A stretch of 63,317 bases of DNA, filler included, from Rhabdomonas costata (lineage: Eukaryota), in the NCBI GenBank assembly GCA_019059605.1. It is 17 parts of 17 records of this genome, joined end to end, with 100 filler letters (N's around TTAATTAATTAA, not from the genome) between each part and the next. Parts side by side here need not be neighbours in the genome. Positions count along the whole stretch, not along the records: positions 11,203 to 14,838 come from JAHMHO010000653.1; positions 14,939 to 18,590 come from JAHMHO010000654.1; positions 18,691 to 22,322 come from JAHMHO010000655.1; positions 22,423 to 26,053 come from JAHMHO010000656.1; 13 more parts are not named here. One strand, written 5' to 3'. The position numbers and the translations under genes were made by a program. This document shows positions 11,404 through 22,675 of the stretch, piece by piece. Position 1 is the first letter of the stretch; the number at the start of each line of letters is the position of its first letter. The notes below the pieces were generated by a model. The model ran no database searches and was not told the DNA's origin. It saw only the letters and a list, made by a program, of their open reading frames with translations.

Positions 11404-13333
11404 GGAGACAGCAACGCGTCGAGCTGCCACCAGTGCGGAGCCTCCTTCGGGATGTTCTCTGTAGTGATGGGCCGAAAGGTCTGCGTGTGTCATCTCTCCG
11501 TTCTGCCCCTGTTTTTGTTGTCCTTCTTCCCTCTTCCTCCGCACAAATACATAAGGAGAGAGGGACAGAGTTTGACACACCCGCGCGGTCATGCTCAGGT
11601 TCTGCACCCTGCACCGCAGAACTGCTCAGTACCACTTAACTCGGCAATGGTTGTAGCTTTTCAGCCCAAGCGCCCGAGATGGGAACTTTATGTTGTTTTT
11701 CTGTTGTTGTTCTGTTTTTTCTGTTGCAAATACCAGGCATAATCATGAATTCGTTTGTTTTCATATTGAAAGCGCCCCTCTGTGCACAAACAGTGGCTTT
11801 GCTTGTTTTGTGTGTGTGTGTGATCCCAGTCAAAAGAAAAGCTGACGAGACGCTATCGAGCGATAAGCACACTGGGTAAGCGCGTTGGGTTGTAGCTCAC
11901 TAGTACCCTAACGCGCCATTGAGGATTCCCAAGAACCTCCGCCCAGCAGCAGACGGTGGATCCACACCCTCGAGAAGCAGGCAGGCAGCGGGAGAGAATT
12001 GGAATTCCCCCTAGAGGCAGAAAAGATCTGCACCAAAGCAACATGCCTTACGCCTTGTTGCGCGGCGTTTGTGTGCGCGTGTGTGCAGCACACCTGTCGG
12101 CTGTGTGGGCTGGCGTTCTGCTCGGCGTGCTGCGACATCTTCACCACGCTGCCCTCGCTGGGGATCCGCCACCCCGTGCGAGTGTGCGCGAAGTGCTACC
12201 GCGTCGTCAAGCACCAGGTATGAGCACGCTCATCACTCACTCACGCATGCACGCTCCCACGCACTCACCACACGGAAAAATCGGAGTCCGCCCAGCCTGT
12301 CACGCTGACGGGAGCCAAGGACTCGGCCACTGTGACGACTGTGACGGAGGGCTCGTGAGATGAGCACTCTATGGCTGCCAATGAGGGTATGCGCCAGATC
12401 GGGTTACTCACGGTACGCACGCAGTTCATCGACGCAGAAGACAGCTAATCACCGTTGGACCGACATATCGCAGAGAGAGAGAGCGCGCACCATCCCCTTA
12501 ACACGCACACACATCACGTCATCTCGCTTCACATATTCTCATATCATGTCGCGTCACTTTTCATCACATCACATCACATCACATCACATCACATCACATC
12601 ACATCTTTTTGACGAACATCGACAGTATTGAGCGTTTGTGACGACGGCATTGGCTCGAAAGTGCAAAGGTACACTAGCGATCGGGAAAGGGGAAACAGCT
12701 GGGGGCATTATAAGGTTTTGGGAGAACGGGGTGGAGCTTGAAGCAGGGGAGAGGAATGGTGGGACAAAATTTTAGGAGGTTTTATTGTCAAATCGCACTT
12801 CATATTATGGCAATCACTCAGATTCCTCAAGCGCGAACACAAGGAGCCTGCCACGAACGCCCAAACTAGATTCGTCGAATGTGCAGCACCAACATGGTCC
12901 CAATGACTAACCGCATGTCTACACACAGAGACGTTCGGGACAGCGGTTGTACCGAGATATGGCGATGAAAAAAGAACCAGACTCCACACACAGACGCACA
13001 CGCTTCTTCAGCGCAAGCAGCACCACCACCGCCAGAAGGGCTCCAGCCTCTGCCCGGGGGACGACCCCACCGCGCACCGCCGATACTCCACGGCAAGCAG
13101 CGTGTGCTCCACGGCGTGCTCCTCGGGCGACCGTGAGGGGCGCTCTCACTCCCTCTCCCTAACGATCTCCGAGAGCTGCGGTGGGGGTGGGGGCGGGTCG
13201 CCGGCCTCCGCCCTGATGGGGACTTCTCTGGCCTCTCCGCTGATGGGGGCGGCTTCGGAGGAGGGCGTGGGCGCGGGTTGGTCTGGGCAGCCCCTGCTCT
13301 TCGCCGTGGACGCGGACCCTGCGCAGCAGCAAG
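11404..13333 (+). CDS. FYVE zinc-finger protein, partial (exons 11404-11478, 12089-12217, 13012-13333)
   Basis: Spliced GDSNASSCHQCGASFGMFSVVMGRK|HTCRLCGLAFCSACC...PVRVCAKCY contains 8 Cys, a RKHxCR basic motif and RVC; introns are GT-AG. Confidence 0.9.
12562..12604. repeat. (CATCA)n microsatellite in an intron
   Basis: Direct tandem pentamer. Confidence 0.9.
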
Positions 13334-15794
13334 GTGTGGGTTTGTGTGTGAGCAGGGTGACCAGTGGACCCAGAAAAAACCAGTTCAATACAATTCAATG
13401 TCACCCAACGCCACTGTTTTTCACATGGGGCAATGAGGTAAAAATTTGTCAATGTTCGATTGAATGTCAGCGAAAAGTTTTCGAAGACCCGAAAACCTCG
13501 CAGTTCAGTGTGAGACACTTCAGAGGTCAATCCGTCCACTTACCGTACCCCTGTCATTCTTTTTCCGCTGTCGTGCTCTCTGAAGAGCTCTTCCCTTTGT
13601 TTTCTCGTCAGTTTTGATCACACTGAGCAAAATCTAACGCGGTGTGGTGGTTTGTGAGTTTTGGCTCCTTCGTTTGCTTACTGGCCGATCCTTTGGAGAC
13701 GCCATGTTTCGCATAGCTGGGGGAGGGGCATTAGTCGGCTCACGTTTAGCAGCGGTTGCTGGACTTTGGAACAGCATCTTTGTGGGCTCGTGTCCAGTTG
13801 AGAGGTCCAGTTTGGCCGTTCACCACATTTAGCGGTACTCAACAACCACACTTACTTCCAGGCCCCGTAGCTGGATATACCTGGCCCCTTAGCTGGTACA
13901 TTCATTCAGGGTAGCTACGAAAGCGATATCTGTTTGCATTGCCCCTCCCTTTACCAACACAGCCAATGCACCACCAAAGAATCTGATCAACCTCTAGAGT
14001 GTCAGCCTTTGCAGTGGCTCTGCGTCCTTGCTGCTTGGTTTCCCAAATGCCCCCCCCCCAAGTATTCGGCCGATGAAATTTGGACTCGCGATCCCGATAC
14101 ATCGTGGGCCATGGGCAACCGCTGGTGAGCCTAGACATAGGGTTCAGTGAGGACGTACTGCCGTGGGCGAAATTGAGGAATTTCGTTCGTGAGGCTGCCA
14201 TATGCTGGAGTGCACCGACGTTGTGAGATGTGGATTGACACCTGAGATGACACTTGAGATGTGGGATTGAGGGGCAAGGAAAGAATTGGTGAGGCATCCT
14301 TTCGGGGTTTTTTAACCACCACCCCTCCCCTGCTTCCCCTCCCTCGTCTGTGTTCTTTCTTCCTGCCGGACCGTGCCACAGATTAAGCTGAAGGGCGGTG
14401 AAGAAGGTCCGGTCGCAGGCTCCGTGACAGACTCCCACCCTGCCCTCGCCTCACCCTCCGGGGTATGGGTCCCGGCACCACCCTTCACCCTTGTGCGTTG
14501 TATGTTCCCGGGTTTCGGGACGGTTTTTATAGGACCTTGTGGAATGCGCTGGTTGCCGCCTCATCCTCATCGTGTTATAAGGTCATGAACCTAGTGAAGT
14601 TGTGAACATTGTCAAGTAAATGAGCACGGGGGTTAATTGTCGTGGTTTATGGTCTCGGTTGTTCGCCTCAACTGAATGAGGGTATGTCGGAGGACGAGAG
14701 GGATCACCGGTGAGACGGAACGGATTGACTTGCTGTGGAATTCGGCTCGTACCCTTTTGTGTACGTAGAAACCGGTCGCAATGCTGTTCCCCATTGCGAA
14801 GACGTTGCCATCTTTCCTTTTGTGGAGACACACACCCCNNNNNNNNNNNNNNNNNNNNNNNNNNNNNNNNNNNNNNNNNNNNTTAATTAATTAANNNNNN
14901 NNNNNNNNNNNNNNNNNNNNNNNNNNNNNNNNNNNNNNGTGTTTTCCAGCGATACGTTTCGGTCCAATTCATTTTGGTTGTGGTGGGGGGCGTTAAACGG
15001 TTTAATGTTGTTGAAGGGTTTAGCAATGTTTAACTTTGTTAAACGGTGTGTTACATGTACATTTCGTTTTGGGGTACCTTTCCTCTGTTTTCTGGTTTGT
15101 TAGAGGCCGAATTGGTCCGTGCCCGGGAACCGCGATGAACCCTTCCCACTAGTTGCCTAACATAAGGGACAAGGTTATTTAGAGGCGCGGCAGGAGCGGG
15201 CGAGGCGAGGCGCCGCGGGAGCCTGCGAGTCAGGCGGGAACGTTGTTTGGAAGGACACAGATTTTTGTAGTAATGCGTCGCAAAAGCGACAAATGGCCAA
15301 TTTTTTACGTTCGTAAAAAAATCGTTTAAAAGCGGAAAATATACTCAAATCCAGGGTTCCCGAAAAGCGGAAAAATTTGTAGAATATCGTGAACTGGAAC
15401 TCGCGATCCTGGTCCGAGGAGCAAAAAGGGGACGGTGCTGAGGCAACCTGAGCCCCCGCACGTACATCACCCACTTGGGCGCGGGGAGGGTGCGGGCACA
15501 CTCCCAGCTATACATACACTCCGGCAAAAAAAAAACACGCCCCTAAGTTCCACGCGGCACCGCTCTGTCCAAGACACCTCGCGATGGGTTCTCCAGGTTC
15601 GTGTGTTTGGCCCCTCGTGAGGGGCCGAATACACCAACCTGAGAACACAGAGCCTGCACCCCAACGGCGAAAGAGAGGGCGACAGTGAAACAAAAACGGG
15701 CCCCATCCACAATTGGAAGGCAACCCCTGGACCCTTGCGTGAACCTTCCTCGTGATTCATATGCACTTTCTCCCCACTCTGCCCAAGGGCTCAG

Positions 15795-18106
15795 GAGCAA
15801 CAGTCCACGCAGCAGCGGCAGGCTGCAGATGCCCTCCGAGCGACCCAGCTTGAGCTCTCGCAGGAGAGATACGCCCGGGGCCAGCTGGAGCGCCGGCTCC
15901 GCGAGATGAGCCACCGGGAGGCGGCCCTGGAGCACCGCTTGGAGGAGGCTGTGTCCAAGCTTGCTCCAGGCGAGGTGGGCTTTCGGCAGCGGATGGTTGT
16001 CTCTGAGGTAATTTTCTGCCCTTTAAAAGTGGGGTTGGCTTTTGCTCTCACTCCATACCAAAAATTAGTTTTTTTTGGCTTGTTGAACTGCCCCGGGCCG
16101 CCCCTTTCGTAGTTACAGCGTTCGCTACTACTTATCGAAAGCTACCAACATTTTTGCGTCGCTATCGTATTTGACGGGGACGTTGCCAGGCTCGGGAGGC
16201 AATTATCGGGAGTATAATTGAATTATGATGGAAAAAGGGCACAATTCAACCATTACGTCTGCAAGCGTTATTTCTTTTTGTCCTTGGCAAACGCTATCGT
16301 GATTTTGACCCCTATTTTTCGTGAAGGGAACACAATTGCGCATTAATGCGAAGAAAAATCTCTGGGGGTGTTCCTTTCTCATGTGCAGGAGATTTGCGCC
16401 GCGCCGACCTCCGTGTTCTTCGACTTCCGCAACAAAAGGCTGGAGGAGCCCCCTGCGATGGGTCCAGAAGTGGGTGACGCCAAGGTGCGCAGAAGGGAGC
16501 ATTGTCGGTCTTGCAGCCACACATCATGCTGCAAGACATTATGCATTCTGGACGAGAGTTGGGACACGGAAAAAAGCGGTAATTTGATGGCATCTTTATT
16601 GGCCCAACTCCGGCCTAGCTCGGCGAACTCCTCTACATACCGCAAAAAAAAAAAGAAAAAAAAAGTTAAGAAACAAATGCGAATGAGCGAAAAGTACAAA
16701 CTCTTGTTTCGCAACTTTTTTTTGCTAACTTTCTTTTACCTCTACAATAGCTGAACGCAAAGGTTTGCTCATGACGTGGTTCTATCGGCGTGTTTCATAT
16801 CCTGGAGGGTGCAGTTTTCCCCCACCTACAGCTTGTGGAGCTTCTGAAGGCTTTGGAAGAGAGCCGGGCCGGTCTGGCCCGACGAGGAGAGCAGCTTGAG
16901 CAGCAGGTCTGGGCTTTGGCGCAGCAGAACAGTGAGCTGCGGGAGATGGTGGCCGCGCGGGACGAAGCCCTACAAAGGGATGGCGGCACCGCTTTCCCTG
17001 CCGCTCACCCGCGGCAGCTCCCAGCGGAAGGGTATTTCAAACATGTTTTTTCGAATCTCTTTCCCACCAGCATGTACACTTTCTGCAAACACGCGTCACT
17101 ACCCTCCCTACCGCCCGTGCAACCATTTTTTTTTGGAAATTATGAAGCGGTGCTGTACATGCAAAAGACCAGAGGCCTGCTTCGGCTTAGCCCTCAATTG
17201 GCTGCCATTCAGTTTTGGTTCCTTCCCGTTTTGCCTTGCGGTTGGTAGCAAAACGGGAAGGAAACCGCAAGGAAGCTCTCTTTTGTGAGGAACCCGGGAC
17301 ATCTGCTGCCTACAAAGAGGGTACAAATGGGAAGAAGCACCGCTCTTAAACCGGGATAAGATGGTGGGAGTGCAACCACCCTGCCCAAATACAGAATTTA
17401 AATGGCGTTGTGTAGTGGATAGCCAAGCTCCCGTCCCTGGTTTTGGACAGCCGACATGTCCCCGGAACCAGTTGAGTGGTCATCAACATTCAGTTGAGTG
17501 GTGGGGATCTGAGGAGGAGTGCCAGTTAATTGGAGGGGATGGCAACGCTACAGGACAGTGCGAGCCCCCTGGCTGCGCGCGTTTTGACCAGGACACCTTT
17601 TCTTTTGTTCCACTTTTCTTTCCAGGTTTCCCCCTTTTCCTCCGTCTTTTCTTTCGCGCACAAACACACACTAGCATATACGAACTTTTTCAGTTCTAGT
17701 CACCCAAACCTAAGTCAACGGTCGGCAGTATTTTACAGAGGATAAGGCATCGATGGAAGGGAAAAACTTGGGGAAAATTATGTTGGAGTACCCCACACAC
17801 ACAAAAAGTGCGCATTCAAGCACTTAGAAGTGTGGTGTCACTCCCCTGACATAGCTGCTGACGTCTGTCTCTGTGTGTATGACTAGTCCTTTTCACATCT
17901 TTTCTCTTTCATGGGGTCCTCCTGGCGACTTCAGGGGGTCCCTCCACAGGCCTTCAATTAGCACGGCGTCCGTCCCTAGTGCTGGAGTACCGCCGCTACT
18001 TCCAGACGAGGTGGTTGCCCTGGAGAGCCTGAACCAGCAGATCGCCTTCCTGCACTCCCAACTGGTGTGCGTGATTGTCGGTGGGCTGAAATTTCACAAG
18101 GAGCCG

Positions 18107-18150
<44 letters not shown>

Positions 18151-18590
18151 CGGACAATGCCAAGCTGCGCAGTTGTGGTGCGTGCGCACTTGCCTCCTAG
18201 TCCCCGCATCGCGCGGTCTGTGCCGCACCCGAGGCATCAGTCTTGTGATAGACCTTTCTCAGTCATTTCTCAGTCGTGCGACTGCTCGAGACTCCGTCAT
18301 CTCCAGGCAACTTATGTCCCCAACCAGGCACCTGCCGACCCCCATGTTTCACAGGGGAAGACCTGGTTAGGGTGGGGCCAGAGTTGCCTTCACCAAATCA
18401 GACCAACGTGGAAGACCAAAAACATGGATTGCAGCCGATTTCTGTTCCTGACAGCATCCGTACCTACCAGTGTTTACCCTTCGCACCCAGCTCAGTGTAT
18501 GGGGGGGGGGGGGCAGGAACAGACTGAGACCGCACTGCGGCAGAAGACCGATCAGCACCACGCAGCGCTGCAGCAGCTCCAACACCCACC
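15795..18590 (+). CDS. Internal exons of a coiled-coil protein (about 15795-15974, 16389-16469/84, 16832-17031, 17935-18064, 18517->)
   Basis: GC-rich AG/GT-bounded exons with heptad-like E/Q/L/R content, e.g. LVELLKALEESRAGLARRGEQLEQQVWALAQQNSELREM. Confidence 0.6.
18112..18146. repeat. (GA)n microsatellite
   Basis: Direct dinucleotide run. Confidence 0.9.
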
Positions 18591-19214
18591 NNNNNNNNNN
18601 NNNNNNNNNNNNNNNNNNNNNNNNNNNNNNNNNNTTAATTAATTAANNNNNNNNNNNNNNNNNNNNNNNNNNNNNNNNNNNNNNNNNNNNGGTTGGGGCT
18701 TGTTTCTTCTTCCAAAGTGGCGAGTTATACTCGAGTTATACTGGGCTCAGGCCGAAGATTCGTTTTGCTGACCTCCTGAATTCATAACCTGTAAGGTGAC
18801 ACTACTGCATTGCTGGATTGCCTGTGTTGAATACTCGAACGAAAACGATCTTCCGGATGCCGGTTCATGGTTTTAACTGCGTTTAACTACCAAAAACTGC
18901 CTGAATCCGGCTGAGTATAGATTGGCTCGCGCAGAAGACAGTTTTTAGACATTCTCTGCGGCGTGTACCGTTCTGTATTGTTCGCGCCCCATACGTCTGC
19001 GTTTTATTCTCGCACCATCTCGTTTTGCTGTTCTTGAAACCTTCTCAACTCCGATGAGATTCGCGGTTGCTGGGATGGGTTGCTTGGATAAAGATCGGAA
19101 GTCGAATCAGAACGGCTGTTTTCGGTGTTTGCGCGGCTTGGTTTCCATCGCGATTAGTGGATGTGAGGATTTTTTTTCATATTCTTAGTTGACTTTCCTG
19201 TTTGATGTATTCAG

Positions 19215-21757
19215 CCACGAGCTTCGAACAGCACTGCACTCGCAGGCCCACTTCAAGCAGGCTGGTCCATCGCACCACCCACTTCAGGCTCTGATCGTTC
19301 CCAGCGAGGAGTACATCGGGCAGAGGCTGCTGCGCAAGCTGGGCTGGCGGTGTGTCATTACGTTTACTATCGCCCCTCTCCCAATTCGAAATTGTCATAC
19401 CAAGTGCCCAAAAGTGCCTAGCATCGAAGTCATGCTGTGAAGCTATGATTTCGGAGTGCCGAGGTCAGTCACAGGACTTGCAACCGCATCGGGGCCCTTC
19501 TCAAATGTTGTGCGCTTGGCGTTTGACCTTTCTGTGTCAACCTTTTTATTACTCGCTGACCGCAGGCCGCCGCCTTGCGTCTGTTTATTTTCTCGACCCG
19601 AATGTTTGACATCTCAACCATATTCAAAATTGGGTTCGCGGCACTCCACTGCCGGCGCCATAGGGTAAGGTCGGCTATGGTATGGTAGATGCAGCCCACA
19701 AAACACAGGGTTGTGCAAAAAGTTTGCATAAGGACATAAAGACATGTGAGAGAGGTCTGAGAAAGTGCGGCAGGACACATGGCATCAAATGGAAACAAAG
19801 ACGTTGTGCCGTGCACAGGGTTGGCGAGGGGATCGGCGAGAAGTTTAGTCGCCGCCCCAAGGTGGCTAGCCCTGCTCGCGAGCTCCCCTCAGGTGCGTCA
19901 CAGCGTGTCTTCAGCTGCGCTCCTCCCCCGGGATTCCGGAAGAAAGTCGAGGAAGAGGATTCTGGAGGTGCGTCGGCGATCGCAGGCGCCCCCGCACAAG
20001 CCGTTGAGGATGCAGAAGACAGCGACGATACCTGCAGTGAGGGTTTGTTAACTCCTCCCCGGGACGTGGAGGTCCAGGAGGTCGCGCAAAGCTCGACGGA
20101 GGGGCTCTTCTTTGGTATACCCTTTCCTTTGCAGTTCACTGTACGACTGAGTTTCTTTGTGTGCATGTGTTTGCCAGGTAGTGCGTGATGGTCACGGTCA
20201 CGGTTTTTCCCCTCCGGCTTTTCTGCAAGAAGCCTTTCTCTATAACGATATAATGATGTGTAATTGACCGAAGGCTGCAGAAAATTCACATTGTTGTTTG
20301 CTGGACAAGGCGCATGTTGATGTTCATATCGGGCTTAGCTTTTCCTCCAAGCTAGTTTGTGTAACACCCTTCACTGGGAATTTGCTCTGGAAAACGGCGT
20401 CAGAACCGCATATGGGTGGAACCGAGTTATCGGGTTTAAGCTACCCGACAGGCTCCTATAGCAGCACAAATTCCTGCACTGCGATTTTGCATCATGCGTC
20501 TGCTTTCAGCCCTTTGTGTCTCCAGGGCTTGGCTTCGACGCGGCCAGGGATGACCCGGAGCTATTCCTGTCGTTGAGCGCGAAGGCCAAGCCTTCCTCCT
20601 CTGGGTTTTCACGAAACTTGAGCCACCAGCTCAAGTTCGGGGCAGGCAACATCTTCGACGATGACGGCACAGGTATTCGCATTTTGGCTTTCGTTTTTTG
20701 TTTTCGAAACAATTGTGTTCGGAGTGGAGGAGTGTTAAATGTACGGCAGTTCTCAACTTTTGACTCATGAGGGTTATTGGAACTATCGTACGGCTTTTGC
20801 GGACGAGTGGGGCGGAGGCCTTGGCGGTCATTGCGGGCGGCTGGTTGGAACATTTTGGTTAGTAGGATTTGTGCCACCTTTGGTTCTTGTGCACGTCTTT
20901 CCAGAAGTCCCTAGCTTTCCATTCTATCAAGTTGTGCGCATCGGATGATGTACTCGTGGCAAGCAATGAGTTTTGGTTGCCTTTATTGCCTCACAAAGGG
21001 ATATACGCCGACGAGCTTGATTACGATATCGACTTGTTGGTCAAGGGGAAGGCTTGTCCTGCTGTGCCGAAGCGAGCTAAGGTGTTCTGCATCAGCGCTT
21101 ATGTGCTTCTGTATTCAAGCCGTCTTGCACCGTTGGGCTCAACTCTCGGCCGACGGCGATGCCACATGGTAAATCCGTAGGTTCATAGCTTGGCACTTTG
21201 ATGGTTGCCAATCAACTCCAGGCATGGCTTAGCGCCATAACCGTCAGGTGGTTTCAAGGCTTCATCGGGGAAGGGGAAGAGAAAAAGCAAGTGACACTTT
21301 GCAGAAAAACAAGAAGGTGTGCCTTTTATTGAGCATGGTGGGAAGCGCATGTCCTGGCGAGGCATTTCTGTAATAAACGTCACCCTGTTTTCAACTCTCT
21401 TACGTTCTTGAGTTTCCTTCTCGCCGTGTTCGTAGCGCACTGTCGGCGAGGCCGAGTCACTTTTCCCGCCCGCGCCGGAAGGCACCTCTGGGGAGACCGA
21501 GACGGGGGAGGGAGTGCTGGGGCTGTTCTCCTCCCGCGGGGGTGGCCCGGGAAGGGCAGGCTCGGCCACTCGGCAGCACCTCAGGCGGCGCTACCCGCCC
21601 CCCGTCGTGCCTGCGGATTTTGTGCCGTACCACAGCCCTCAGGGAGGGGGGACCGCAGCGGTGGACTCCAGGGTTGCCCCCCTGCTGACCCCTTCCATGA
21701 GAGCTCGGCTGTTGGGGACCGCACTGAAGGAGCCCGGCGTGGCGATTCCTCATACCG
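19215..21757 (+). CDS. GPATCH1: G-patch domain protein, GPATCH1/TOUGH-like, partial (exons 19215-19349, 19819-20114, 20526-20672, about 20999-21081, 21436-21757)
   Basis: G-patch IGQRLLRKLGWR|VGEGIG, followed by FSCAPPPG, GLGFD, DDD..IYAD, YPPPVVPADFVPYH and LTPSMRARLLG in the same order as GPATCH1. Confidence 0.75.
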
Positions 21758-22675
21758 GTATGGTGTCGGGATGGTGTCGCAGCGTGTGTTCGTGTTCACC
21801 CCTCAAGATTGGTGCTGAACACTCCTCACACCCTGGTGGTGCTGTTTTGGGATTCAGTCATGGTTTTCTGCTGTGTGCGACTCTGTTATGGGCAGACTGG
21901 GGTGTTTCCATCCCACCGCAAGGGATTGCGGTGGGATGGAAACGGAAACATATTGATAAGCGCTTCGAGCTATTATCATATTGTCCGTCCTTTATTTCCC
22001 TCTTTCGTTCTTACTTGTGTTTTTTTTGCCCACTTGCACACCTTCTCGCCATGCTTCCTTCTTTGAATTGCAGCCCACCCCTTTGTTTCTGTGCACACTA
22101 CCACTAATTTCCTCACTTATTTCCTGTGATGGTTCTGTGGTGGTCCTGTCTTCGCTGTCCTCCGGCTCGCATGCTGCGAACTTTTTTCCCAATGGCGATT
22201 GTTTGGTTCTCTGTTCGCGTTTTCGACATGTTGTGGTTCCTCTGCGTGCAGGTGGGTTTTCCGCCCCAGCTGCACGCAGAGGAACCACAACATGTCGAAA
22301 ACGCGAACAGAGAACCAAACAANNNNNNNNNNNNNNNNNNNNNNNNNNNNNNNNNNNNNNNNNNNNTTAATTAATTAANNNNNNNNNNNNNNNNNNNNNN
22401 NNNNNNNNNNNNNNNNNNNNNNCACAGCAGGTTAGGGAGGAAAATGTCGGAACGCATCGCTTCGGGTAACAAAGGGATCCGCAAACACAAGAAAAAGAAG
22501 CATTACGCCATGAGATACGAGACCAAATTCCAAGGCATCGCAGGACACTCTGGGGATCCGCAATAAACTACTCACTCCTGCCATACCCTTCCATAAACCC
22601 TTCACACAACCAATCGGCTCATAACCGCCGTCAACGTGCCGGGCCCTTTGCAGGTTTTCTTCCTTGCTCCGAAAA

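Noticed and set aside
22199-22322. Perfect ~53-bp hairpin (ncRNA or terminator?)
   Set aside because: It ends exactly at the contig end; fold-back amplification artefact
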